A stretch of DNA of 64,000 nucleotides from Christensenellaceae bacterium (GCA_031262595.1 JAISHI010000006.1:438-64437); one strand, 5' to 3'. Positions 17,079 to 27,174 are shown, numbered from the stretch's first letter. Numbers and translations: made by a program. The notes: generated by a model from the sequence alone, not told the origin.

Positions 17079-20000
17079 TTATGCCGTAACTTTATCATAA
17101 ATTCCCAAAACTATATAGCCATACCCGTCGCCACCTAATCCATAACCTGATGGAAGAGCAACTTGAAGGTTGTCGTCGCCCATAAGTTTTGAGAAACCTT
17201 GGGTTTCCGCGGGATTGAACGCGCCGGCGGGAACAAGCCCTTGACGAAGTGTATGAACTATCGGTTTGTTGTCTTCGTCTTTGTCTTCTTTATCTTCCCA
17301 ATTAAGTATGTATTGGGCGTTTGCCATAAAGTCAGAGAGTTTAGCGCCGCCTGGGAGTGGCGTATCTTTGTTGAAAAGTTCCATAATTCCATCCGCTACA
17401 ACCCCCGCCATACTTGCCATCCCGAATGGACTAAGTATTTCTCCAAGCGCTACAACAAGCTCGAGTTCAGTAGCCTCGAACATATCTTCTATTGCGTTCT
17501 CATCAGGTGTTGATGTATCCTTAATTTTAGGTTTACTCGAAGCGCGCATCAATATAGGAGCGTTATATTTTGCTTTAACAGTTCCGTTGCCGCCACCTTC
17601 AGCTATGTTCGCATATATTGTTTTTGTAGGATCAAAAGCCTCAAGCCCATCAGCGGGAGTCGCGCCCTTCGCAGGATTTCCAACGATTGTATTATCAATC
17701 GGACCCGCCAAAGGCATATAGCCGTTAAGAACCATAAAAGGCGAATCGAAAGTTATAGGATTATATATCTCAACATCTTTGCCGATAGTTATTTCAAGGT
17801 CTCGAACGCCAATACCGCCTTCTATCTCTGGATTAAGCATTGCCGAAATAACTGCATTCGAGAGTGCCTCAACTTGTGTAGTATTAGTTATTCCTAGTTG
17901 TCCTGCCTTAGTTTCAATACCAGTTTTAAGCGTTGCAAGAACCATGTCGTCGGCCGCGGTTAGCGCGCTGTTTATCCCATAACTCGTATCGTCAACAACT
18001 ATACCGAAACCAGCGTTGTTAATAATTTTTGTTTCGCCTGTGAGTTTTAAAATTGTTGAAGCATACGCATAGATGCCGGAGTTAAAGTTATTTTCGATTA
18101 TACAATTATTAAGTTCCGCGCCGCCAACTTCGTTATCATTATGCATCCAAACCGCAATCGTCACTTTACTTATATCAACATTATCAAGTACCATATGCGC
18201 TTTATAAGAGAGGACTCCTTGTATCGCTGATGCATTATGAGCGTATCGCTGGTTTATGAGATATTCCCAAGCATTTTGGGCAGCACTTACAATTACATTG
18301 CCCTCCGAGTCCTTTCTCTCGACACCAACATATGGATTGCCTGCCTTGTCTTCTGGCCAAAGCTCGTGGCCTGTGCCCCAATCGCTAGGCATGTTTGCAT
18401 GAAGCTCTTCGATAAGCCTTGGCGAACTGCCCTCGATTGTTAAGTTGTTGATTGTTGTTTGTGCATTTACTGTCTCGCCGTCGCGAAGGTCTTGGATCAT
18501 AAATATGCCTATGTGGTTTGAAGCTATTGCCTCGCTTATGTGGGTATCGAGCAACGCGCCAAAGTTTCCGTTTGCTTCTGTCGACGCAGCAACAGGATAC
18601 TTACTTGCGTCAACAGTAAAGTTATTTCCTTCAACGGTGAGGCCAAAATCGGAATTTGCGGCGGTCGGATCCGCTTTAATTCGCCTTTTAAAAGGTGCGC
18701 CGGATTGGCGATACATCTCATCCGAGTCCCAATTATCAAAGATGTTTTGAACTGTGCCTTCATTAGCCGCAATATACCCCGCGACAGGATTCGAGCCTAA
18801 AATTAGGGCTTGATTAGGGGTGTATTCCTCTATCCAAGTCGAAGCCTCGTCGTCAAGTTCATCCGCGTCCCAAACTTGGTTATAACTTTCAGGCGCTTTA
18901 TCGGCGTCTTCCGCTACTAACGTATCCCATTGAGCTTTCGTCATATTATAGTATTCTGGCGTTATGTTCGCGAGCATGAAGATTTGTTTAACGCTCGTAT
19001 CCGCGAATTTTTTCGAGAGTTCGAAACTATTATAAACGTTAACCGCGTTAGCTCCCCCAGCAATATTAACTTTAATTATAATAGGGCTAACATTAGCGAA
19101 GTTATAAAGTGGCTCAACGGAAATTTCGTACTCCCCGCTGCCAACCGAGAAATCGAGCGCAACAGTTTCTTCCTCAACAATATCTACCGTTTTAATACCA
19201 GTCGCCGTAGTAGAAACTACTTTTTCTTTAAAGAAGTTCACTTTCTTCAAAGTTGCGATGCTAACTTCCGTGCCTGCGTCATTTTTCACGGTTATTTTAT
19301 ATTGGTTATCCGCGTTCGCGATAGTCTCGTCGACGTCGCCTATGATCGATGTTTGCGATAAATCAAGCCTGAAATCGTTTTGGGCGATATTAAGAACGCC
19401 GCTACCCACTTGATCGAAGTTGTCGCCCCAAGTTAACATATTTGTATAAGGAACAACTTCCATTTTAAGGATTATGTCCTCTTCGCCATCTTTAACGAAT
19501 TTAATTTTCGTATCCCCGAGCGCGTTTGCTATGAGTTTATTTTCGTCGATAATAATCGCCTCTTCGTCATCCGAAACGCTCGAAACCGTCGCTCCTTCCG
19601 CAGATACCACCGCATATCCCTCAGGCATTGTTAAGCTAAGCTCAACGCCTTTCGCGATTATAATATGCTTGTCTGTTTCTCCGCTCTCGTCGATTTTTTC
19701 TTCAATAAAGAGTGCGCTATCGCTTGCGAAAATCGAACCCGATTCCGTAAGGGCGCCGTCCTCAAATGAAACGGCTGCAAATTGTTGCGATTCAACTGGA
19801 TTGATTAAGTTTATACGTTTAGAGATTGTTGGTTTATTTTCAACGGCAATCTTAACCTCCGCGCCGTTCGTTTCGGAAAATCCTGCTTCATACGAAATCG
19901 TTACGGTATAAGTGTTTTTACTGTTCGCAACTTTTTGAACTTCGCCGTAGCTGATGAGTTCGCTCGAAGGCGTAATAACTACCTCGTTTTCCGTCGCGTG

Positions 20001-20321
20001 AACAGGCAAAAGCGTGAACGTAATCGTTGTTGATCCGCTCGAAGGCGCTTTCGCCACGTATTGGTTTTTAGGCTCTAAGTTCGACGCATGATAACGCCCG
20101 CCCGCCTGAATTTGTAAATCTAAAACGGGCTTAGTCGGGTCTATAACGTCGGTATCCATCCCATCAATTCCGCCGCTTATACTATCGATAACCATGCTAC
20201 TAACGTTGTATTTGTCTGGCTTTTCGAGGTCGCGGCTTGGGTCGAGGAAAACAACCGCGAGAACGATACTCGACACGACAACAACGCCTGCTATTATAAG
20301 TGCTATAACTTTTTTATTCAT
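17079..20321 (-). CDS. Large N-terminally anchored surface protein with parallel beta-helix-like repeats
   Basis: 1080 aa. N-terminal TM segment (VIALIIAGVVVVSSIVLAVVF) and repeats such as NNCIIENNFNSGIYAYAS and NNAGFGIVVDD. An AAGGAG SD lies 5 nt upstream. Confidence 0.7.
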   Translation of the reverse strand: MNKKVIALIIAGVVVVSSIVLAVVFLDPSRDLEKPDKYNVSSMVIDSISGGIDGMDTDVIDPTKPVLDLQIQAGGRYHASNLEPKNQYVAKAPSSGSTTITFTLLPVHATENEVVITPSSELISYGEVQKVANSKNTYTVTISYEAGFSETNGAEVKIAVENKPTISKRINLINPVESQQFAAVSFEDGALTESGSIFASDSALFIEEKIDESGETDKHIIIAKGVELSLTMPEGYAVVSAEGATVSSVSDDEEAIIIDENKLIANALGDTKIKFVKDGEEDIILKMEVVPYTNMLTWGDNFDQVGSGVLNIAQNDFRLDLSQTSIIGDVDETIANADNQYKITVKNDAGTEVSIATLKKVNFFKEKVVSTTATGIKTVDIVEEETVALDFSVGSGEYEISVEPLYNFANVSPIIIKVNIAGGANAVNVYNSFELSKKFADTSVKQIFMLANITPEYYNMTKAQWDTLVAEDADKAPESYNQVWDADELDDEASTWIEEYTPNQALILGSNPVAGYIAANEGTVQNIFDNWDSDEMYRQSGAPFKRRIKADPTAANSDFGLTVEGNNFTVDASKYPVAASTEANGNFGALLDTHISEAIASNHIGIFMIQDLRDGETVNAQTTINNLTIEGSSPRLIEELHANMPSDWGTGHELWPEDKAGNPYVGVERKDSEGNVIVSAAQNAWEYLINQRYAHNASAIQGVLSYKAHMVLDNVDISKVTIAVWMHNDNEVGGAELNNCIIENNFNSGIYAYASTILKLTGETKIINNAGFGIVVDDTSYGINSALTAADDMVLATLKTGIETKAGQLGITNTTQVEALSNAVISAMLNPEIEGGIGVRDLEITIGKDVEIYNPITFDSPFMVLNGYMPLAGPIDNTIVGNPAKGATPADGLEAFDPTKTIYANIAEGGGNGTVKAKYNAPILMRASSKPKIKDTSTPDENAIEDMFEATELELVVALGEILSPFGMASMAGVVADGIMELFNKDTPLPGGAKLSDFMANAQYILNWEDKEDKDEDNKPIVHTLRQGLVPAGAFNPAETQGFSKLMGDDNLQVALPSGYGLGGDGYGYIVLGIYDKVTA

Positions 20322-20381
20322 TTTTTCTCCTTTATTTTTTAAGTTAAACCGATTTTTTAATTAAACTCCCCGCATACGCTC

Positions 20382-22067
20382 CTATACCCCCTCTATGCGG
20401 TTATAGAAAACCGACATATTTTTATAAACGAGATAAAGCCTAATAATAAGATAACCCAGCGCGAAAATTAGAATCTTAACCAGCGCGAGCGATGGGCTTT
20501 CGAGCCAAAAAAAGTAAAGCAAACCAGTAAAGATTATCGACAACACCGCGCCAGACGTCATAGATTTAACGATATTCGGATTTGAGGTGTCTTTGCCTGT
20601 TAGGGCGTAGTCGGCGATATGCGGATTTATAATATCGCGTTGCAAGCTGCCTGCCATATGTCCTGTCGATAAAAAGACGGCGATTATCGCGAAGAGGGTC
20701 GCTTGGAGAACGCTAAAATCCGTAAACTCAACCAAGATAAACGAAGTTATGATAATCGAAACAAACGAGAAGATAAAGTTTATAAACATCTTCGCGAGCG
20801 GCATAACCCAAGTTTGGCTTGGCGCGGTTTTTACGATATTAAACTCGCCGCCCTCGCTTGTTATTGCGTTCGCGGAGAGCGTATTCGACGACATAAGCAT
20901 TAAAAGCACAATTAAAACGTTAATCGAAATCGCAAGGCTGACGCCCGCAACCGAATACGGCAACCGTTTTAGTATCTCGCTTATAAACCAAACCGCAACC
21001 GGCATCGCGATAAGGAAACTAAGGCTCGAGAAGGTATGCGACAAGTTTCTAACCTTTATTATCGTTTCGCGTTTTAAGAAAGTTAAAAAGATATTGCCCC
21101 CGACGGCGTTCTTCGCCGCTTTATTTCGCCTCATCGAGAACTCGGTCGAACTCGACGCGATGTTATAATAAATAATACTTATTATATAGGTAAACGCCAA
21201 GAGCGCAATAACGGTCAATAAAACAAAAGTTATATTTACCCCGAGTTTAGGAAGGAATGTTGTCGCTGGGTCGAAAGAGTTCGGCAAGACGTCGAACAGC
21301 CCCATGCCCTTCCGCTCGAACGAGAACATAATCGCCGAGATGACGTTATATATGCTGCCATGGTCGCCAACCCAAGCGATTCCCTTTTGAAAAATATCAT
21401 AAAAATATTTCGAGAACCCAACGAGGTTTATTTGATTAGGTAAAACGCCGACGATCATAGCAAGAACCCAAATTATGAGCCCGATTAACGCAACGGAAAG
21501 CGCAATTTTAAGGACTGGGAACTTAATTATGAGTTTTTTTAGATACATAATCGGCAAGGACAAAATCGCCCCGAGCAAAACCGCGATAAGCGGCAATAAG
21601 AACACCAAAACGAGCGCAAAGATATAGAACGCCGAGCTAAACGCGAAAGTTAGCCCAAACGCGATTAAAAGCGGAATCGTAAAATAAAGCCCTGCGATGA
21701 GTTGTTCTATATAATAGAAGATTAAGCGCGAGATAAAGACTTCGTTTGGGTTAACGGGAAAAGAAAACACAATCGCGTTATCGTTCGCGTTATAAAGCGA
21801 CTTTGTTAGCCCGAACGCGGTTGCGATGATTGCGACGGTTTGGGTTATAACTAAAACGAACGGCAAAAGCGCAGGAACGATTGGTATAAACGCAAGTTTT
21901 TGCATGAGGCTTAAAAGGAAATTAAGTCCAAACGCAACCGCCCCGCAAACAACAAGGGCGAAAACAAAATCGACAAACTTATTAACTTTGCCTTTTTGTT
22001 TATTTTTGCGCCGTTTTTCTTTATTGGCGAATTGCATTTTTAAAAGGATTTTAATTCGATTTAGCAT
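20382..22067 (-). CDS. Polytopic permease of the putative ABC-exporter type
   Basis: At least 10 hydrophobic helices. I prefer ATG 22067 (AAAGGGG SD 5 nt upstream) to the ORF-track start 22100. It overlaps the upstream ABC gene by 17 nt. Confidence 0.65.
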   Translation of the reverse strand: MLNRIKILLKMQFANKEKRRKNKQKGKVNKFVDFVFALVVCGAVAFGLNFLLSLMQKLAFIPIVPALLPFVLVITQTVAIIATAFGLTKSLYNANDNAIVFSFPVNPNEVFISRLIFYYIEQLIAGLYFTIPLLIAFGLTFAFSSAFYIFALVLVFLLPLIAVLLGAILSLPIMYLKKLIIKFPVLKIALSVALIGLIIWVLAMIVGVLPNQINLVGFSKYFYDIFQKGIAWVGDHGSIYNVISAIMFSFERKGMGLFDVLPNSFDPATTFLPKLGVNITFVLLTVIALLAFTYIISIIYYNIASSSTEFSMRRNKAAKNAVGGNIFLTFLKRETIIKVRNLSHTFSSLSFLIAMPVAVWFISEILKRLPYSVAGVSLAISINVLIVLLMLMSSNTLSANAITSEGGEFNIVKTAPSQTWVMPLAKMFINFIFSFVSIIITSFILVEFTDFSVLQATLFAIIAVFLSTGHMAGSLQRDIINPHIADYALTGKDTSNPNIVKSMTSGAVLSIIFTGLLYFFWLESPSLALVKILIFALGYLIIRLYLVYKNMSVFYNRIEGV

Positions 22068-24777
22068 CTTTACCCCTTTTCCCGAACGCATCATACTCAA
22101 CCTTATCGAAATAAACCTCGTCGTTTATAACGAACTTCTTCATAGTTCCGCGTTTTTGGCGCATCAAAACTTTTTGGTATTCGTTCTTAGTTAGTTCTTT
22201 AAGCGGAATAAGATTTTGTTTTATCTCATCGATTTTCTTAACGTTTTCCTTTCCCGCAACAACCGCGCCAAGCTCAAACTTTTCGTTAGGGCGCTTAAAT
22301 TTATTGAAAAACTTTTGTAGACGGTTTTGAGATTTACGGTTCGTTATCGTATCGTTATTTTTATTAACGCTGGCGTTAATGCTCGGGATATAAGGCTCAT
22401 GCCCTAATTTTTTAATAAGTTCTTTTTGTTTTTCTTCGTCGTTTTCGTGATACGCTAAATAAAGTTCTTCGAGGTCAACGCCGCGCTCACGAAGTTCTCT
22501 TAAATCGAAAACGCCTTGCATCTTGCCTTTCTTAATAATGCAAATCCTATCGCAAATGCGTTCAACGACTTCTATTATATGGCTCGAGAACAAAACTATG
22601 TTGCCAGCGTCGGCGTGCGCGCGCATACATTCCTTTATTTGGTATGCGCTAGATGGGTCAAGCCCTGTGAGCGGTTCGTCGAGTATCCAAACTTTTGGGT
22701 TATGAACAAGCGCGGCGATAACCGAGAGTTTTTGTTTCATGCCGTGACTATAACTTTTTATTTGTTGGTCAAACGCATACGCAAGCTCAAAAATTTCGAG
22801 ATATTTCGCTATTCGCGCGTCGCGGTCGGCTTTATCAACCTTATAAAGGTCGGCAACATAGTTAACATACTCGCGCCCCGTTAGCGTTTCATAACTTGCG
22901 TGGTTGTCGCTAACGTAGCCGATGTTGCTCTTCGCTTGGATAGGTTGACTCGTAATGTCAAATCCGCAAACTTCGATATTGCCCTCGCTTATGCTTTGGA
23001 TTCCAACGATGCTCTTAATAACCGTGGATTTCCCCGCGCCGTTATGCCCTAAAAAGCCGAAAACTTCGCCAGAGCTCACTTCGAGGCTAAAATCGTCAAC
23101 AGTTCTATGTTTATTAAATCCATAAACCTTCGAGAAATGACAAATTCTTAACATATTAACTCCTTTTTCATTTACGGGCATAAATAATGGTCGCCCTCCC
23201 ATTCTTTTTTTGAACTCGCGAAGCCCGAGGGCATCGGAAACTTTCAGTTCGTCCAACTTCTTATAATGGTCAATTGCCTTAAACGCCCAATAATACATAA
23301 ACCAAACCGCGAGCGCGAAACCGAGAAAGCCGAAATAAAGTAAGATGTCATAAAGCCATGAAACTTGGAAAATTTTTCCGTCAATCGTAAATGAAATAAT
23401 TTTCTCAACTTGTATTTCCCTAACGCCGAACATTCCGCTAATAACATCGCCCGTTAAAAAGAAATAATCGGTTATTGGCCCTCGCGTTATGATATTCCCC
23501 GCCTTATCTAATGTTTCGACTGGAAAAACGTTCGGGTCGACAACAACCGCCGAGTTAAAGTATGCGTTTATAAAAATAACCGCTAGAAAATAAAAAGTAA
23601 AAACAACGGCACCCCAACTAAATGTCTTCATCGTCGGCCTCGGCATCTCGCCCCACATTATAACGAGGATAGGAACAACCATAAGGATGATGTGCGTAAA
23701 GAACAAATCCATCGCGCCCGTGTTGAAAAGCGTTGTCGTCGCCGAAATGTCCGGCATAATTATCGCGCCAGCCGCGCCAACAACATTCGCGAATAAGTTA
23801 AAGTAATAAAGCGGCTTCCAACGGAAAACGCAAACAAGGAAAATGAAATAATTCCCCGCGTTGCAAAGATGCCAAGGTAAACTGCGCAAGCCAAAGCCAA
23901 CCCACTCCGTATTGTTCGACGCATAGCAAACAAGCGCACCGAGCGACATTAATGTTAACGCCGCCCATTTGGTTTTGCTGTCGGTCTTTCTAAATATAAA
24001 GTAAGTTGCGATTAAAACAACCGCCATGACATAAAGCCAAATTCTATGCCCTATTTTAAAATCATCAGGTAGGCTCGACGAATTTCCTATCGTCGTACTA
24101 ACGCCGAAGAAAATTTGCGGCGCGCCGACGGGAAGAGTCGCGAGAATTATCCCGAATAAAACGACTAACGTTAAAGGAATACTAATTTGCGGTTTTTGCC
24201 ATTTGTTCTCGCGGATAATGTCGAATAGCGAATAAAAACCGATTACGCCAACAAGCCCAACCTCTAAAATGAATTGGACTATACGGAAAGGCTCAGCCGT
24301 AAAATCTGCGCCGCCGTTTATCAGCATAACATTATTAAAGAAGATAATATTTAAAACACAAACAATAGGCAAGAAGAACGCCGATAGATTTTTAAGCGTT
24401 TTTAATCTATAAAATGGCGCAACAATCGCAATCGCGACCGCCGCATAAGATAAACAGCGCAAAACCGCCAACCAAACAATTTCCCCGCGCACTAGCCCAA
24501 GCGCGTTTACGTCGGTAAGGCTATCGAAAACGTCATTAAACCCAACTCGCCAAAACATTATAAAGAAAAGTACAATCGCGATGACTTTTAGAACCGCCGG
24601 CATAAACCCTTCTTTATATATTCTCGCCCAAAGCCTCAAAACTGGTTTGCGTTCAAGCTTCTCGGGTAAAGAAAGCGCCGCGTCCGCATTCTTCCAACGC
24701 TTTTTCGTTAAAATATCAATAAAAACAACAGCGCCCGCGCCAAATATTATAATCAACGAAATCCATAATTGCGCCAT
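22051..24777 (-). CDS. Fusion protein: polytopic membrane domain + ABC ATPase + basic C-terminal region
   Basis: 908 aa. Residues 1 to about 500 are polytopic and include LPWHLCN (tentatively YwaF/TMEM164-like). Residues about 542-760 form an ABC ATPase (GHNGAGKST, SHGMKQKLS, VWILDEP). Confidence 0.75.
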   Translation of the reverse strand: MAQLWISLIIIFGAGAVVFIDILTKKRWKNADAALSLPEKLERKPVLRLWARIYKEGFMPAVLKVIAIVLFFIMFWRVGFNDVFDSLTDVNALGLVRGEIVWLAVLRCLSYAAVAIAIVAPFYRLKTLKNLSAFFLPIVCVLNIIFFNNVMLINGGADFTAEPFRIVQFILEVGLVGVIGFYSLFDIIRENKWQKPQISIPLTLVVLFGIILATLPVGAPQIFFGVSTTIGNSSSLPDDFKIGHRIWLYVMAVVLIATYFIFRKTDSKTKWAALTLMSLGALVCYASNNTEWVGFGLRSLPWHLCNAGNYFIFLVCVFRWKPLYYFNLFANVVGAAGAIIMPDISATTTLFNTGAMDLFFTHIILMVVPILVIMWGEMPRPTMKTFSWGAVVFTFYFLAVIFINAYFNSAVVVDPNVFPVETLDKAGNIITRGPITDYFFLTGDVISGMFGVREIQVEKIISFTIDGKIFQVSWLYDILLYFGFLGFALAVWFMYYWAFKAIDHYKKLDELKVSDALGLREFKKRMGGRPLFMPVNEKGVNMLRICHFSKVYGFNKHRTVDDFSLEVSSGEVFGFLGHNGAGKSTVIKSIVGIQSISEGNIEVCGFDITSQPIQAKSNIGYVSDNHASYETLTGREYVNYVADLYKVDKADRDARIAKYLEIFELAYAFDQQIKSYSHGMKQKLSVIAALVHNPKVWILDEPLTGLDPSSAYQIKECMRAHADAGNIVLFSSHIIEVVERICDRICIIKKGKMQGVFDLRELRERGVDLEELYLAYHENDEEKQKELIKKLGHEPYIPSINASVNKNNDTITNRKSQNRLQKFFNKFKRPNEKFELGAVVAGKENVKKIDEIKQNLIPLKELTKNEYQKVLMRQKRGTMKKFVINDEVYFDKVEYDAFGKRGKDAKSN

Positions 24778-24788
24778 ATTTTTCCTTT

Positions 24789-24825
24789 TGTTAGTTGATA
24801 TGTTAGTATCGACATTAAACTAACA
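24789..24825. promoter_or_regulatory. Candidate operator: TGTTAGT x2 direct repeats plus an inverted ACTAACA
   Basis: Copies at 24789-24795, 24801-24807 and 24819-24825, between the ABC operon start and the divergent XRE gene. Confidence 0.35.
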
Positions 24826-24983
24826 TTTTATAAAATCCCTGCGCAACAAAAAATTTTTTATAATTACTATTCAAGCATCACCAAAAACAACTTAATTTAT
24901 TTTAATACTAGATAAAAATAATTTATATAAAAATTGTAGTGAAATGATTGAGTTTATATAGTATTGTCAAAGATAATATATAG

Positions 24984-25214
24984 ATGAATAAACTATATTT
25001 TTCAAAATGGTTAACGAAATACCTAAGCGAACATAAGATGACCCAACAAGAGCTTTCGGCGATTTTGCATATTCGGCAATCGCAAATTTCGAACTGGCTA
25101 AACGCAAAGAGCTATCCGGGGTATATCTCTATAATAACGATTTGCGAAAAACTCGGGGTTATGCCGACGGATTTATTTTCTATTGACCGAAAAGGTGTGC
25201 CACAATTGAGTTGA
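24984..25214 (+). CDS. XRE (Cro/C1) family HTH transcriptional regulator
   Basis: 76 aa with the HTH MTQQELSAILHIRQSQISNWLN. It is divergent from the ABC operon. Confidence 0.75.
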   Translation: MNKLYFSKWLTKYLSEHKMTQQELSAILHIRQSQISNWLNAKSYPGYISIITICEKLGVMPTDLFSIDRKGVPQLS

Positions 25215-25341
25215 TAAAAACTCCAATCATTAAACAATGTATCTAATAAAACCTAACAAAATAAAAACTATCTGTGCGGTGTGTTTTTAAAACAAGAAAA
25301 ACGTCAACTTAAAATAGGGCACACCTGACCGAAACTAACGC

Positions 25342-25370
25342 TTGTATTTCTCGCGCGTTTCGAATATAAT
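25342..25370 (+). promoter_or_regulatory. mscS-family gene promoter TTGTAT-17-TATAAT, with the -10 box 7 nt from the ATG
   Basis: Hexamers read directly from the sequence. Confidence 0.6.
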
Positions 25371-25377
25371 AACAACA

Positions 25378-26481
25378 ATGGAAAACACGAAAGCAAATAT
25401 AAAAACGACAAAGAAAGTCCCTGAAACAAAAGGGGCTATTAAGGGCGTGCCCGTTAATGACGACGCAAATATAATTAAGAACAAATTCGATATAAAACAC
25501 CTACTCTTATCTAAACAAGAAGTTTTAACGCGCGAGGAACGCGAAAAAAGGCGCGCGGCTAGGCGCAAGAAGTTTATTATTATTTCTATAATCTTAATTA
25601 TCGCTTTTTTCGCGGCTGGGATATTAGTCCATTATCTTTGGCCGAACAGCGACATCGCGCAAATAACTGAGGACGGCGTTTTAAGTGTTCTAAATATAGC
25701 AAATTGGTTTACAGATAACATAACGACAATCCTACAAACAATCAGCACAATAATTCTCGTCTATATTATTTCGCTTATTGTTAACTTTATTTTAAGCCTC
25801 ATGGGGCGCGGCAGCAAGCGCCGAAAAACCGTTATGTCGCTAGTTTCCTCGGCGGTTACATTCATAACTTACCTCGTTATACTAACTGTAATTCTAACCT
25901 TTTGCGGCGTTAATCTAACCGCAATCTTCGCCGGCGCGGGGGTTATCGGTATTATTATAGGTCTTGGCGCGCAAAGCGTTGTTAGCGACATTTTTGCGGG
26001 AGTCTTCCTTATCGTTGAGAACGGTTTTGCGGTCGGCGATATTATAACTATCCCGAGCGAAAACTTCCGCGGTGAAGTTGAGGAAATCGGCGTTCGAACG
26101 ACAAAACTCCGCGACTCCTTCTCTAATGTTTTAATTATAAATAACTCCGCGTTTAAGAGCGTTGTAAATATGAGCCGCAACCAAAGTTTTGTCGCTTGTA
26201 ATATAACGATAAATTACGACGAGGATCTCGAAAAAGTTGAGCGCATCATAACCGCGAACCTCGAAAAAATAGGCGCGAATATTAAAACCTTAACCGCGCC
26301 TGTCGTTTACAACAAAATCCAAGAGTTTAGCGAGCGCGGTATAGTTCTTCGTGTAAGTTCCTATTGCAACGAAGGCGACATCTATCAAACCCAGCGCGAC
26401 CTCAACCGCGAGATGAAAAGACTCTTCGATAAAACAAATATTAAACTCGCAATCCCGCATATCGAAGTCGTTAAGAAATAA
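25378..26481 (+). CDS. Mechanosensitive ion channel (MscS family)
   Basis: MscS core GAQSVVSDIFAGVFLIVENGFAVGDIITI. I chose ATG 25378 because the ORF-track TTG 25342 coincides with the -35 hexamer. Confidence 0.8.
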   Translation: MENTKANIKTTKKVPETKGAIKGVPVNDDANIIKNKFDIKHLLLSKQEVLTREEREKRRAARRKKFIIISIILIIAFFAAGILVHYLWPNSDIAQITEDGVLSVLNIANWFTDNITTILQTISTIILVYIISLIVNFILSLMGRGSKRRKTVMSLVSSAVTFITYLVILTVILTFCGVNLTAIFAGAGVIGIIIGLGAQSVVSDIFAGVFLIVENGFAVGDIITIPSENFRGEVEEIGVRTTKLRDSFSNVLIINNSAFKSVVNMSRNQSFVACNITINYDEDLEKVERIITANLEKIGANIKTLTAPVVYNKIQEFSERGIVLRVSSYCNEGDIYQTQRDLNREMKRLFDKTNIKLAIPHIEVVKK

Positions 26482-26490
26482 ATCTAAAAT

Positions 26491-26525
26491 AAGGGAGGCG
26501 ATGTGGCTTCCCTTGTTTTTATTTT
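26491..26525 (+). terminator. Rho-independent terminator after the mscS-family gene
   Basis: AAGGGAGGC/GCTTCCCTT stem (one G-U pair) followed by GTTTTTATTTTA. Confidence 0.65.
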
Positions 26526-26526
26526 A

Positions 26527-27105
26527 TTAGTCTTGCCGCCCCGCAGTCCTTATCGGGTTTATTGCCGCCGCCATCTCGCGGCGCAACTCGTCGAGGTTAT
26601 AAACTTCCTTAATTTCGTAGTCTAAAACCGGCACGCCACTGTTCTTTATAATAGTCTTGTATCGGTTTTTAAGCCTGTTTATCCCTTCGAGCGAAACCAA
26701 CGACGTATCAAATAAGTCAATAACAAGCATCGGCATAAGCGCCTCGTTAAAGATAACAAAGTCCGCATACGCGTCTTGCATTTGGAGCATATCGCGGCTC
26801 CTATATTCGAAGAGCTTCTCAACGCAAACATTCGGATAAATAATAAATTGCGCCGGCAACGCCCGTTTTAGGACGTCAAAGAACTTTTTTGAATTATCGT
26901 TAAGATACGGAACGATGTCCGCAGATTTTGGTAAGAGGGCTATATTAGAACGGCGAAAGTTTTCCTCGGCGTCGGCGGCGCGCTTTTTCGAATAAGCCGA
27001 CAACCAAATCCCAAGCCCGCAAAGCAATAAAACGATAACCGCAATCGGGATAACTACCCCTAAAAAAATATCGCTCCCCTCTTTCGCTAAAAATAAATCC
27101 TTCAT
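26527..27105 (-). CDS. Membrane-anchored DUF2726-like (nuclease-fold) protein, tentative
   Basis: 192 aa with an N-terminal TM segment. The segment ADFVIFNEALMPMLVIDLFD resembles the DUF2726 core. Confidence 0.45.
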   Translation of the reverse strand: MKDLFLAKEGSDIFLGVVIPIAVIVLLLCGLGIWLSAYSKKRAADAEENFRRSNIALLPKSADIVPYLNDNSKKFFDVLKRALPAQFIIYPNVCVEKLFEYRSRDMLQMQDAYADFVIFNEALMPMLVIDLFDTSLVSLEGINRLKNRYKTIIKNSGVPVLDYEIKEVYNLDELRREMAAAINPIRTAGRQD

Positions 27106-27116
27106 AACCTATTATA

Positions 27117-27162
27117 CCAAACAAAAACGCCGAGCGCAAGATTTTATTACGTTCGGCGTTTT
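27117..27162 (-). terminator. Rho-independent terminator after the 1315-aa surface-protein gene
   Basis: 13-bp stem AAAACGCCGAACG/CGCTCGGCGTTTT (one G-U pair) followed by TGTTTGG. Confidence 0.6.
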
Positions 27163-27174
27163 ATGTTTTTTAGT

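Noticed and set aside
25193-25325. A 9-bp inverted repeat (AGGTGTGCC / GGCACACCT) spanning the XRE gene end and the mscS upstream region.
   Set aside because: The arms are about 115 nt apart and one is inside a coding region. A single short match is too weak to distinguish from chance.
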